From Promethearchaeota archaeon Loki_b32 (GTDB lineage: Archaea > Asgardarchaeota > Lokiarchaeia > Sigyniarchaeales > SOKP01): DNA of 64,000 bases. The stretch is taken from assembly GCA_005223125.1 (NCBI GenBank), contig NJBH01000014.1, positions 26,202 to 90,201 on the forward strand, read 5' to 3'. Position numbers and translations under genes: made by a program. A model generated the notes under the pieces. It had not been told where the DNA came from, made no database searches, and worked only from the letters and a program-made list of their open reading frames with translations. Each line of letters starts with the position of its first letter. Position 1 is the first letter of the stretch. Shown piece by piece: positions 41,734 to 52,169 of the stretch.

Positions 41734-44607
41734 ATGAGCGAAAATTCAATTATTATAAAAGGAGCAAGACAAAACAACTTAAAAAACATTGATGTTGTTA
41801 TTCCACGTAATAAATTGGTTGTTATTACGGGGATAAGTGGGAGTGGAAAGTCATCGTTAGCTATGGACACCCTGTATGCGGAAGGTCAAAGAAGATTCTT
41901 AGAATCATTATCAAGTTATGCTAGACAATTCTTGGGCGAAATGGATAAACCTGATGTTGATTCTATTGAAGGATTATCTCCAGCAATTGCAATTGAGCAA
42001 AAATCTCTTTCAAAAAATCCGAGAAGTACGGTTGGTACTGTAACTGAAATATATGATCACTATCGATTGTTATTTGCTAATATAGGCATCCCACATTGCC
42101 CCAATTGTGGTAAAGAAATAAAACCTCAGACACCACAACAAATTATTCAACAAGTATTAGATTCTATAGAAGAGAATCAAAAATTTATGGTTAAAGCTCC
42201 CGTTATACGAGATAAAAAAGGAGAATACAAGGAACTTTTCCAAGATTTAAAGAAACAAGGATATTTAAGAGTAGAAGTTGATGGTATTCAATACACTTTA
42301 GATGAAGATATCTCTATAGAAAAAAATGTAAAACACAATATCAATGTTATTATTGACAGAATAGTAATGCGTAAGGATATTAAGACAAGATTAGCCGATT
42401 CTATAGAAACAGCATTAGAATTAGCAGAAGGTTTAGTTATTGTTGAGATTGTAGAAAAAGGAGAACAGATTTATTCTGAACATCTCGCGTGTATTGATTG
42501 TGGAATATCATTTCCTCCATTAGATCATAAAATGTTTTCATTTAACATTCCTCATGGAAGTTGCAAATATTGTAATGGTTTAGGTAATGTTATGGAATTT
42601 GATTATGGATTGTTACTCGGAAATGATTTAGACGTACCGCTGCAAGAGACATCCATCAGAGATATCCCTGGATTTGGATCACTAAATGGGTATTCCTGGC
42701 AAACTATAGTACAAGTCGCGAAATATTATGGGTTCAACACTACTAAAACACCAATTAAAGATATTGACCCAAAGAAACTTCACAAAATATTGTTTGGGTC
42801 TGAAAATGAATCTATTGATTTTCATTTTGAAAGTGATAATAATGACTATAGAAATCATAATGGTGATTTTAAATCTTCTTGGCAAGTAGTAAGACCTTTT
42901 GAAGGTATAATTCCAATACTTCAGAGAAGATATATGGAGACTCGTTCAGAATGGGCCCGTGATGTTTATGAGAGTTTCATGAATCGGATAGATTGTCCTC
43001 AGTGTGATGGTAAAAGGTTAAAACCAGAAAGTCTAGCTGTGACTATAAATAATCTTAATATTGCTGAATTATCTAACTTGGCTGTTAAGGATTCCCTAAA
43101 ATTTTTCACTCAATTACAATTAAATGAAACTGAAAAGACAATAGTTAAAGACGTGTTAAAAGAAATATTAGATAGATTATCTTTTCTTGAAAATGTTGGT
43201 TTAGATTATATTTCATTAAACCGTCGTTCAGGTACTTTATCTGTAGGAGAAGCAGAAAGAATACGATTAGCTACACAATTAGGGTCTAGCTTAGTAGGTG
43301 TATTATATGTTTTAGATGAGCCTAGTATCGGGTTACATCAAAGAGATATTTCTCGTCTTATTAATATGCTGAAAAAACTAAGAGATTTGGGTAATACTGT
43401 AATTGTAGTTGAACATGATGAGGCAATAATGCGTAATGCGGATCATATCATTGATTTAGGACCATTAGCCGGCGAAAGGGGAGGTGAAATAGTAGCTGAA
43501 GGGTCAATAGAAAGTATAATTAATTCAAATACTTTGACTGGAGATTATTTATCAGGTAAGAAAAGAATTGAAATTCCAAAGAAAAGACGTGAAATCAGTG
43601 AAAATGTTGTTGAAATAAAAGGAGCAGAAGAAAATAATTTAAAAGAAATTAATGTTAAGATCCCTTTGGGTATATTCACATGTATAACAGGTGTTTCAGG
43701 AGCCGGAAAAACTAGCTTAATTATTGATTGTTTATATAAAGGACTCCATAATTTAATCAATACTCGAAGTTCAAAGGTTAATCAAGGGAAATTTGGAAGA
43801 ATAATTGGTTTTGAGAAAATAGATAAAATCATAAATATTGATCAATCACCAATAGGAAGAACTCCAAGATCAGTCCCTGCTACTTATACGAAAGCTTTAG
43901 ATTATGTCAGAGAAATTTTTGCCAAATTACCTGAATCTAGAGAAAGAGGTTATAAAAAAGGAAGATTCAGTTTTAACACTAAAGCTGGACATTGTAAAAA
44001 GTGTAAGGGTACAGGTTATATACTCAAAGAAATGTATTTTTTGCCTGATGTATATATAAAGTGTGATTTATGTAAATGTAAAAGATACAATGCTGAAACA
44101 TTAGAGATCAAGTATCATGGAAAGTCAATCTATGACGTATTGAAAATGACTTTCCATCAAGCTTTAGAATTCTTTGATAGTATTCCGAATTTAAAAAGAA
44201 CAATTAAAACAGTAGTAGATGTTGGCTTAGGGTATTTAGAATTAGGTCAATCTTCAACTACTCTAAGTGGAGGAGAATCACAACGCTTAAAAATTGCCAG
44301 AGAATTGAGAAAGACAAGTACTGGAAACACACTATATATTTTAGATGAGCCTACAACTGGACTTAGTTCTTTTGATATTAATTATTTGTTGAATGTTCTT
44401 CAAAAGTTAGTAGATAAAGGTAATACTGTGATAATAATTGAACATAACATGGATGTTGTAAAATCTGTTGATTACATTATCGATCTTGGTCCTGAAGGTG
44501 GTGAAAAAGGAGGAGAAATTGTTGCTCAAGGCTCACCTGAAGAAATTGTTAAAAGTGATCACTCTTTTACCGCTCAATATTTAAAAAATTATCTTAACTC
44601 CAAATAA
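41734..44607 (+). CDS. uvrA: Excinuclease ABC subunit A
   Basis: Two ABC ATPase modules (GISGSGKS, GVSGAGKT, LDEP twice), Zn fingers, YAEGQRR. Confidence 0.99.
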   Translation: MSENSIIIKGARQNNLKNIDVVIPRNKLVVITGISGSGKSSLAMDTLYAEGQRRFLESLSSYARQFLGEMDKPDVDSIEGLSPAIAIEQKSLSKNPRSTVGTVTEIYDHYRLLFANIGIPHCPNCGKEIKPQTPQQIIQQVLDSIEENQKFMVKAPVIRDKKGEYKELFQDLKKQGYLRVEVDGIQYTLDEDISIEKNVKHNINVIIDRIVMRKDIKTRLADSIETALELAEGLVIVEIVEKGEQIYSEHLACIDCGISFPPLDHKMFSFNIPHGSCKYCNGLGNVMEFDYGLLLGNDLDVPLQETSIRDIPGFGSLNGYSWQTIVQVAKYYGFNTTKTPIKDIDPKKLHKILFGSENESIDFHFESDNNDYRNHNGDFKSSWQVVRPFEGIIPILQRRYMETRSEWARDVYESFMNRIDCPQCDGKRLKPESLAVTINNLNIAELSNLAVKDSLKFFTQLQLNETEKTIVKDVLKEILDRLSFLENVGLDYISLNRRSGTLSVGEAERIRLATQLGSSLVGVLYVLDEPSIGLHQRDISRLINMLKKLRDLGNTVIVVEHDEAIMRNADHIIDLGPLAGERGGEIVAEGSIESIINSNTLTGDYLSGKKRIEIPKKRREISENVVEIKGAEENNLKEINVKIPLGIFTCITGVSGAGKTSLIIDCLYKGLHNLINTRSSKVNQGKFGRIIGFEKIDKIINIDQSPIGRTPRSVPATYTKALDYVREIFAKLPESRERGYKKGRFSFNTKAGHCKKCKGTGYILKEMYFLPDVYIKCDLCKCKRYNAETLEIKYHGKSIYDVLKMTFHQALEFFDSIPNLKRTIKTVVDVGLGYLELGQSSTTLSGGESQRLKIARELRKTSTGNTLYILDEPTTGLSSFDINYLLNVLQKLVDKGNTVIIIEHNMDVVKSVDYIIDLGPEGGEKGGEIVAQGSPEEIVKSDHSFTAQYLKNYLNSK

Positions 44608-44733
44608 TTTTCAAACTTTCTTTTATGATTTCTTTAGTTTGAAAATAAAATTCTAAATCTATGTTAAATAATTTTATACTATAGATATTAGTAAGATAAC
44701 ATTAAAAGTATAAACTGAGTTTCGTGACAAACC

Positions 44734-46539
44734 ATGACTGAAACTGAAGAAAAGATAATCAGAGCTCCGATTATCTGCATTCTTGGTCATATAGACCACG
44801 GAAAAACCACTATATTAGATTATATTAGAGGAACTGTTGTTCAACAAAGAGAAGCTGCAGGCATTACACAACATATTGGTGCTTCTTATTTTCCAACCAG
44901 AGATATAAAAGAATTTTTAAGAAAATCTAAACAAGAATTTGCTGAAAAAGAAATAAAGCTTCCAGGATTATTAGTAATAGACACACCAGGCCATGCGGCC
45001 TTTTTGAATCTACGAAAAAGAGGAGGCGCGGTAGCAGATATTGCAATTTTAGTTATAGATGTCACCTCTGGAACGATGCCTATAACTTGGGAATCTCTTC
45101 GGATTTTAAGAGAGAAAAACACACCTTTTGTCATTGCTGCTAATAAAATAGATAGAATTTCTGGATGGAAATCAAAAAAGGACGCTGATTTTCTCGATTC
45201 TTATAAATCACAAAAACTACATGTTAAAGATTTCTTAGATGAAAAAATATTAGGGATAATTGTAAATTTCTTAGAGGAAGGGGTCAAAGGAATCGATAGA
45301 TATGATAAAATAAAAGATTTTACTAAAAAAATCGCAATTGTACCTACTAGTGGAAAAACAGGTGAAGGAATTTCAACACTATTAATGATTTTAATGGGAT
45401 TAGTCCAGCAATATTTAACTACAAATCTTAAATATTCTGAAGGATCTGCCAAAGGAGTTGTATTAGAAGTTAAAAAGGAGAAAGGTCAAGGAAAAACAAT
45501 GGATGTCCTTATATACGATGGTCTTATTAATAAAGGTGACGAGTTTATTGTGGGTGGATTAGAAAAACCTATTAAATCAAAAGTAAGAGCATTATTAATT
45601 CCTAAACCTTTAGATGAAATACGAGACCCTAGACAAAAGTTTGATTCAGTCGATGTTATCAGTGCTGCAGCGGGTATTAAAATTCTTGCTCCAAATATAG
45701 AGGATGTTGTAGCTGGTTCACCATTCAGAGGGATTGCAGATTCTTCCGAAGAAAAAGTGGTTTATAGTGAAATTGAATCTGAAGTAGAAAGTATTAGGAT
45801 AAAAACTGATAAAGCAGGAGTAGTCTTAAAAGCAGATACTTTAGGTTCACTTGAAGCACTCGAAAACTACTTCACAAAAAATGGAGTAAAAATCAGTATT
45901 GCTGATGTAGGACCAATTAAAAAAGAAGACATTATTAACGCAAATATTGTCAAAGAATTAGACCCATATTCTGCAACAGTTTTAGGATTTAATGTTCCGA
46001 TATTACCTGAAGCTAATGAACAAGCTTATAAATATAATATAAGAATCTTCACGAATAATGTTATTTATCGATTATTAGAAGAATACATTGAGTATGCAGA
46101 AATAAGAAAAGCAGAAGATACAGCTAAAGGTTTAAGTGAACTTATCTTGCCTGCTAAAATTAAAATGTTTCCGGAATTTATATTCAGAAATTCAGATCCC
46201 GCTGTTTTTGGAGTATATGTTGAAGCTGGAACACTTTATCCTAAAGTTCAACTAATAACTGATAAAGGTAAAAGAGTAAGGAGAGTTCATCAAATTCAAG
46301 ACAAAGGTCAAACAGTTGAAAAAGCTCCTAAAGATTCAGAAGTAGCAATATCTATTCGTGGCATTGAAATTGGGCGAGATATCGAAAAAGATGAAACCCT
46401 ATTTGTTAATGTCCCAGAATCTCACGTTAGGCAACTAATGGGAAGATTTATAGATGAACTAACTACAGATCAAAAGCAAGCTTTAAGAGAATTCATCATT
46501 TTAATGCGTAAGTCAACACATCCTTGGTGGGGGATGTAA
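44734..46539 (+). CDS. infB: Translation initiation factor aIF5B (IF-2)
   Basis: GHIDHGKTT, GITQHIGA, DTPGH, NKID, DTLGSLEAL. Confidence 0.98.
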   Translation: MTETEEKIIRAPIICILGHIDHGKTTILDYIRGTVVQQREAAGITQHIGASYFPTRDIKEFLRKSKQEFAEKEIKLPGLLVIDTPGHAAFLNLRKRGGAVADIAILVIDVTSGTMPITWESLRILREKNTPFVIAANKIDRISGWKSKKDADFLDSYKSQKLHVKDFLDEKILGIIVNFLEEGVKGIDRYDKIKDFTKKIAIVPTSGKTGEGISTLLMILMGLVQQYLTTNLKYSEGSAKGVVLEVKKEKGQGKTMDVLIYDGLINKGDEFIVGGLEKPIKSKVRALLIPKPLDEIRDPRQKFDSVDVISAAAGIKILAPNIEDVVAGSPFRGIADSSEEKVVYSEIESEVESIRIKTDKAGVVLKADTLGSLEALENYFTKNGVKISIADVGPIKKEDIINANIVKELDPYSATVLGFNVPILPEANEQAYKYNIRIFTNNVIYRLLEEYIEYAEIRKAEDTAKGLSELILPAKIKMFPEFIFRNSDPAVFGVYVEAGTLYPKVQLITDKGKRVRRVHQIQDKGQTVEKAPKDSEVAISIRGIEIGRDIEKDETLFVNVPESHVRQLMGRFIDELTTDQKQALREFIILMRKSTHPWWGM

Positions 46540-46547
46540 TCAACTAT

Positions 46548-48005
46548 ATGTCCTCAATTAGTGAAATCTTTAATGAAATTATCAAAGAAATTACTCCAAC
46601 TCAAAAAGAAGTCATTTTTATTAAGAGAATTACAGAAAAATTAAAGGAGTTATTAGATAAAAGAGCAAAAGATTTAAACATTGATTATACAAAAATAGAA
46701 CCTCAAGGTTCAACTGGTATCAAACAAACACAATTAAAAAATGATTTTGATATCGATCTTTTCATAGGTTTAGATTATAACCAATTTAAGACAAAGTATG
46801 AAGGACTTAGTAAAAGTAAGCTAAAAAAAGAGTCAAAAAAAGACTTCTTATCACTATGTAACAATTGGATTCTACACAGTTTGACTTTAGATGAATTCTA
46901 TAATCCTCGTCTCTTATACGCAGAACATCCATATGTAACGGTAGATTACCTTTTAGATGATATTAAAGTGAAGATTGATATCGTTTTATATTTTGATCTA
47001 GATTTAGAATTCATTAAAAAGAATGGGCCTATCACTGCAGTTGATAGATCTCCTTGGCATGGATGTTTTATAAGAGATGAATTAAATTCTGACCAAAAAA
47101 ATAATGTAAGGCTTTTAAAACAGTTCTTTAAGTCTTGTTATAGTTATGGTGATAAAAGCGCAGTAGGTAAAGTTGGTTTTATAGGTTATAGCGCTGAGTT
47201 ATTAATCTATTACTTTCATAATCTTATAAACCTATTTGAGAATTTTAATGAATTGTACAAGAAACCACTAGATTACTATAACAGAAATGAGAAGGAATTA
47301 AGTAAAATTGTCCATTTTCAGAATGATTATCTCATTATAATAGATCCAATTGATAAAAATCGAAATGTTGCTTCTGCAATATCTGAAAAAGCATATAAAT
47401 ATTGCAATCAAAAAGTCAGTGAATTTTTAAAACATCCAAGTCCCGATTTTTTTAAAATTAAACCAATACCGGAAATAAATCTAGCAAATAAAGAAGATCC
47501 CCTCCTCTCAAAAATATATATTATCGAATTACAAAACACTAATATAAAAATCCATTATACAATTAATAGAGATAAATTATATTCTTTGGGAGAAAGTATT
47601 AAGGCTAATGGAGAAAAAGAATTTTCTCATGTTGATCGCTTTGGAAAAATAATATTTGAAGTGTATTTTGAAGATGAAAAGAACCAGTATAATCTAGCTA
47701 TTTTTTGTGAAAAACCTTACATCTCCGAGACCTATATTCGTAAAGGTCCCCCCATTACAGAAGAAAAACATACTGTTAATTTTAAAAGAAAAAATCCAGA
47801 ATATTTTGAAAAAGATGGTTATTTATGGGTAGAAACTATGAGAGATTATAGCAATTTCTCTGATTTCTTAAAAAGATTTGTTAAAGATAAAATTCCTGAT
47901 AATTTTGATGTTTTAAATATCTCAACCGCATTTAATACCCTAAGTTCTTCAGGAAAAAAAGCAATACACATATTGAAAAATATTGTTTTACCTTTCTATA
48001 TCTAA
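46548..48005 (+). CDS. cca: Class I CCA-adding enzyme (tRNA nucleotidyltransferase)
   Basis: GST...DFDID, YAEHPY, AVDRSPWH, GYSAELL, IDPID..RNVA. The in-frame ATG at 46548 is preferred over the TTG at 46524. Confidence 0.93.
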   Translation: MSSISEIFNEIIKEITPTQKEVIFIKRITEKLKELLDKRAKDLNIDYTKIEPQGSTGIKQTQLKNDFDIDLFIGLDYNQFKTKYEGLSKSKLKKESKKDFLSLCNNWILHSLTLDEFYNPRLLYAEHPYVTVDYLLDDIKVKIDIVLYFDLDLEFIKKNGPITAVDRSPWHGCFIRDELNSDQKNNVRLLKQFFKSCYSYGDKSAVGKVGFIGYSAELLIYYFHNLINLFENFNELYKKPLDYYNRNEKELSKIVHFQNDYLIIIDPIDKNRNVASAISEKAYKYCNQKVSEFLKHPSPDFFKIKPIPEINLANKEDPLLSKIYIIELQNTNIKIHYTINRDKLYSLGESIKANGEKEFSHVDRFGKIIFEVYFEDEKNQYNLAIFCEKPYISETYIRKGPPITEEKHTVNFKRKNPEYFEKDGYLWVETMRDYSNFSDFLKRFVKDKIPDNFDVLNISTAFNTLSSSGKKAIHILKNIVLPFYI

Positions 48006-49316
48006 AATTCCATACGCTTCAGGAATTAGGATAATAATTTTACTTCCTTTTGAATAATCACCTGAGACCTTATCTTCAACCCATATTTTACCAGAAAAAC
48101 TTCCTACTACGGCATTAACAAGCAATAATCCTAATCCTATTCTCTTAAAATCTTTAGTCTTCTTATAAACGGGCTGAAAAATAGCTTTTTTCATAGCATC
48201 GGGGATTCCAACCCCATTATCTATGAATTCTATTCTTATATTAGAGCCGAAATCTTTAACTTCCTTAGAAATTTTAATTAAAATTTCTTTAATTGGGTTA
48301 TCATTATATCTTACTGCGTTATTTAATATAATTCTGAATATATCTTTTAAAAGTGCGTTAGCAATAACTATTATTTTATCTTGATTATCAGTTATATTAA
48401 CCTTGATTTCTTCTTCAGAGAAGTTTGTTTTAATATCATTGACCGCTTGTTCCAATATATTATATAAATCGATTGGTTCACTCTTTATTACCCCTATCTC
48501 TAAATCAGATAACTTTTTTACGTTTAATCCTAATTCAGCCCCTCGTTTTACTTGTAACTTCGCAATCTTTACCAATTCATCTAATTCCTCTTTTTTTTCA
48601 TAACTCTCCATATTTTGAGACATAATTTCTAAAGAAAACTGCAAATTTTGAAGAATATTATTGATGTCATGAACAAATAGATCTTTATAGAATTCTGCTC
48701 TACTATATGCTAAGCGATATTTATTTTCTGATCTAAGAATTTTCTCTTCAATAATAGCAACCACTCCTGTAATGAGCATCACAGTAGCCATAACAATTCT
48801 AGAGAATTCCATAAATTCATTTGCTCTAGGGAATCCTTGATCTCTAAAAATACTTGCAATTAATTGCAGTAATCCTGTTATTAAAATGAAACTCATAAAT
48901 GCATGTGTAGGCGTTTTCTTTTTTAAATAAATTCTTATACTCAAGAACAATGCAATAAATAGAAAAAAAGCAATTATTACTTGGAGCCCTAAACTAGCAA
49001 TTTCCTGACCAGTAGCAAATAAACTTATAGTAATTGTTATTACTTTAGTGGTTTTTGAAAAAGTTTGAAAATATTCTTTAGATACCGCAATTATAAATAT
49101 CAAGACGCTAAGAGCTGAAAATGTGATTGCAACTAATTCTAAAGAATCATATTGTTCTTGAGAAAATAACCTAAATACTTCGGATAAAGTAGCTGATATA
49201 TATGCCAAAAGCCATGAGAATAAATCCCTTCTTTTAAAGCATACACTAGCAAAAATTAATGTAGCAAGGATAATCACTATTGTCGTTGATAGATGCATTA
49301 CAAAATATTCGCTCAA
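47988..49316 (-). CDS. Membrane sensor histidine kinase
   Basis: About six N-terminal TM helices; H-box HDINN, N-box NNAVRY, DNGVGI, GLGL. Confidence 0.92.
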   Translation of the reverse strand: MSEYFVMHLSTTIVIILATLIFASVCFKRRDLFSWLLAYISATLSEVFRLFSQEQYDSLELVAITFSALSVLIFIIAVSKEYFQTFSKTTKVITITISLFATGQEIASLGLQVIIAFFLFIALFLSIRIYLKKKTPTHAFMSFILITGLLQLIASIFRDQGFPRANEFMEFSRIVMATVMLITGVVAIIEEKILRSENKYRLAYSRAEFYKDLFVHDINNILQNLQFSLEIMSQNMESYEKKEELDELVKIAKLQVKRGAELGLNVKKLSDLEIGVIKSEPIDLYNILEQAVNDIKTNFSEEEIKVNITDNQDKIIVIANALLKDIFRIILNNAVRYNDNPIKEILIKISKEVKDFGSNIRIEFIDNGVGIPDAMKKAIFQPVYKKTKDFKRIGLGLLLVNAVVGSFSGKIWVEDKVSGDYSKGSKIIILIPEAYGILDIER

Positions 49317-49512
49317 CTAAATAACCTTAGCCTTTCTCAATTTTAGCAGTTAAGATCTTAATGGAGTTAGATATTATAAATTTGTACTTATAGTAAAATG
49401 TTATAATCTAGCGATTTATAGCTGAAATTCATAAAATTTTTATGATTTCCCGAATTCCTTTCTTCAATTATATCATGATGATTAATTAGAATTTGTATTA
49501 AGTGAATTAATT

Positions 49513-51795
49513 ATGGTGAAGGTAAAGAATGCTGAAGAAATAGCTAAGCTCGTAACTACCGGATCATATGAGAAAAAGAGGTTGTTTACAATCACCGCGC
49601 ATCTATAGTGAGCCTTCCTTACTATAGCGTAAATTGACCATGGAAAAACAACCGCTACTGATTATCTGCTCCGCAGGGCGGGATTAATGCGACCTGAAGA
49701 TGCCGGCCAGCTCCAGATGACCGATTCAGATGACGAAGAACAGGAGCGAGGCATAACAATTTTCACAAGTGTAGTACTCCTTGCTTTTAATGACTCAAGA
49801 AAACTTGATGATGAAGAACCTTATATCTTACAGATAAATGATACTCCCGGGCATATAAGCTTTACAGGTGAAGTATCTCGAGCTCTCAGAGGGTCGGATG
49901 GAGCTATAATTCTAGTAGATGCACTTGAAGGCGTTATGACCCAGACCGAGACAAATATACGTTTATCAGTTGGTGAAGAACTCTGCAAGCCAGTTCTATT
50001 TATTAATAAAGTCGACCGACTTATTAGTGAGCTAAAGTTAAGTCCACAAGAGACTTTTGCTAAAATTGATAAAATTACAAGAGAAATAAATGATTTAATT
50101 AAAAAGATAAGACCTGAAGGATCAAATTGGAGTATTGATTTTGCTAAAAATTCCGTTGCGGTTGGCTCAGCTAAACATGGATGGGGTTTTACTTATGAAA
50201 TTTTAGTTGAAAAAGGTATGAAACCTCAAGATGTGTTCGCGAAATACAATGAGGGGGATATTCAATGGCTAAGGGACAATTTACCATTAGACGAACCGAT
50301 GTTAAGGATGGTCGTTGATCATCTACCAAATCCTATTGAGGCTTCCAAGTATAGAATTCCTCATATATGGGGAGGTGACCTAAACTCTGAATTAGGTCAA
50401 GCTCTACAGAAAAGTGACCCAAACGGACCACTGTACGGAATCATTTCGAAAATCTTTTTGGACCCCAAGAGAAATTATCAAGCAACTCTTATAGGTCGCG
50501 TTTTTTCTGGTACGTTTAATCAAACTGATTCAATTTATCTAATAAATAGTGGTTCGAGCAATCGAGTGAAGAGATTAGGCGTTATGGAAATTACGGACAT
50601 TTTAGACATTCCAAAGGTCCCAGCAGGAAATTTATTTGCAATATTTGGTTTTATTTGCCCTTCTGGAGAGACATTTATGTCGACCAATGATGTACCTAAA
50701 GATAAAGAAGAAAGGAAGAGATTACCTTCTTTCGAAAAAATTAATTATGCTTGTGAAGCTGTTGTTTCCAGAAGCATTAAACCAAAAGATGCGCATGAAA
50801 TCGATAAATTGGATGATGTTGTAAGCAAATGGATCAAAGCAGACCCAACAGCAGAATATCGGAGAGATGAAGAATCAGGAGAATTTATTCTTTCAGGAAT
50901 CGATCCGTTACAAATCGAAATTTTAGTGAAGAGGATAAACAATCAAGTTAATATTAATATTGGAGAACCAATAATCGTTTATAGAGAAAAAATTACTCAA
51001 AGGAGTCCTAACTATTATACCAAATCAGCAAATACTCATAATCGTATTTTATTACATATTGAACCTTTAGATGAAATAACTGAACGCTTAATTGAGACGG
51101 GTAAAGTGAATGATTTACAAAATGAGAAAGATCGGGCTCAAATACTAAGAGAGGAAGCAGGATGGGATGCAAAAGAAGCAAAGCGTATTGTTGATGTATA
51201 TCAGGGAAGTGCCCTTGTAAACGGGACTTCTGGATTACAGAGGTTTGATCGTGTTAAATCATATTTGAGTGCTGCTTTTAGGGATTGGTTAGGTAATTGT
51301 ATTATAGCAAAAGAACCTGCTGCTGGAATTAAAATAATTTTTACAGATATGACTATTCACGAGGACACACGTCATACGTCTTACGGACAGATTGCGGGAA
51401 TGGCTTTCTCTGCTATGTCCTTGGCCATGTTAGAAGCAGAACCACATCTCTTTGAGCCAATCCAGAAAATAGACATAAAATCACCACAAGGAACAGAAGG
51501 AAGTGTCACAGCTATCATATCAAAGCGACGAGGTCGAATTACAAATGTAATCCCAGAAGGAGAATATGTAAGAATACAAGGACAAATTCCAGCAGCAGAG
51601 ACAATAGGAATAGCAGACGATATTAGAGGAACTACTCAAGGAAGGGCATTCTTCGGGTATGAATTTAAAGGTTTCGAGAAAGTACCTCCGAGTATAGAGG
51701 AGGATCTTATAATGGAAATTCGAAAGCGTAAAAATATGCCATTAGAATTACCGAACCGAAAAAGTTGGGAGCGGTTTATTTACAAACGAACATAA
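49513..51795 (+). CDS. fusA: Elongation factor 2, split gene: exon 1 49513-49602, exon 2 49633-51795 (750 aa after joining)
   Basis: Exon 1 MVKVKNAEEIAKLVTTGSYEKKRLFTITAH joined to exon 2 IDHGKTTATDYLLRRAGLMRPED... restores G1 AHIDHGKTT. Also EQERGITI, DTPGH, NKVD and the domain IV/V motifs. Confidence 0.95.
49603..49632 (+). other. Putative 30-nt bulge-helix-bulge/loop (tRNA-endonuclease-type) intron in EF-2 mRNA
   Basis: CTATAGTGAGCCTTCCTTACTATAGCGTAA has three in-frame stops and an internal hairpin. A 4-bp central helix GCGC/GCGU is flanked by 3-nt AU^C and AA^A, which puts the cut sites at the exact exon junctions. Confidence 0.85.
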
Positions 51796-51998
51796 AACCT
51801 TTTTTTATTGTTATTTTTTTCATTAAAACTACATGTATTAATATTATATAGAGTTATATATAGCATCATTCTATTTACCTGGTTTTTAAAACTACATTAT
51901 CTCATATTATTAAGCACGTTGTATGGATATTAATGATGATTTTTAAAAGATTTAAAAGAAAGAAATAATAAAAAATTATATGTAAAAAACTATTTTTG

Positions 51999-52124
51999 GG
52001 CTTTGAGAAGGTACCTGCTTCTTTAGAAGAAAGTCTCATTATGGAAATTCGTAGAAGAAAGGGAATACCTGAAGAAATGCCTTCTGAAAAGAGTTGGGAG
52101 CGATTTATTTATGAACGGACCTAA
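51999..52124 (+). pseudogene. Orphan second copy of the EF-2 C-terminal 41 codons
   Basis: GFEKVPASLEESLIMEIRRRKGIPEEMPSEKSWERFIYERT* versus the EF-2 end GFEKVPPSIEEDLIMEIRKRKNMPLELPNRKSWERFIYKRT*; no upstream start codon. Confidence 0.9.
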
Positions 52125-52169
52125 ATTTTTTTAATAAACTTTTTATTAAAATGAAATCTTTAAAATAAT

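Noticed and set aside
49597-49641. Ribosomal hopping or Sec/Pyl readthrough as the explanation for the EF-2 insert
   Set aside because: A matched-codon hop GCG to GCG lands before TAA, and CAT to CAT deletes IDH. Readthrough would need three different stops and would add 10 aa inside the P-loop.
49687-51795. ORF-track start for EF-2 (MRPED...)
   Set aside because: It would omit the G1/P-loop. The real N-terminus lies upstream, across the 30-nt insert.
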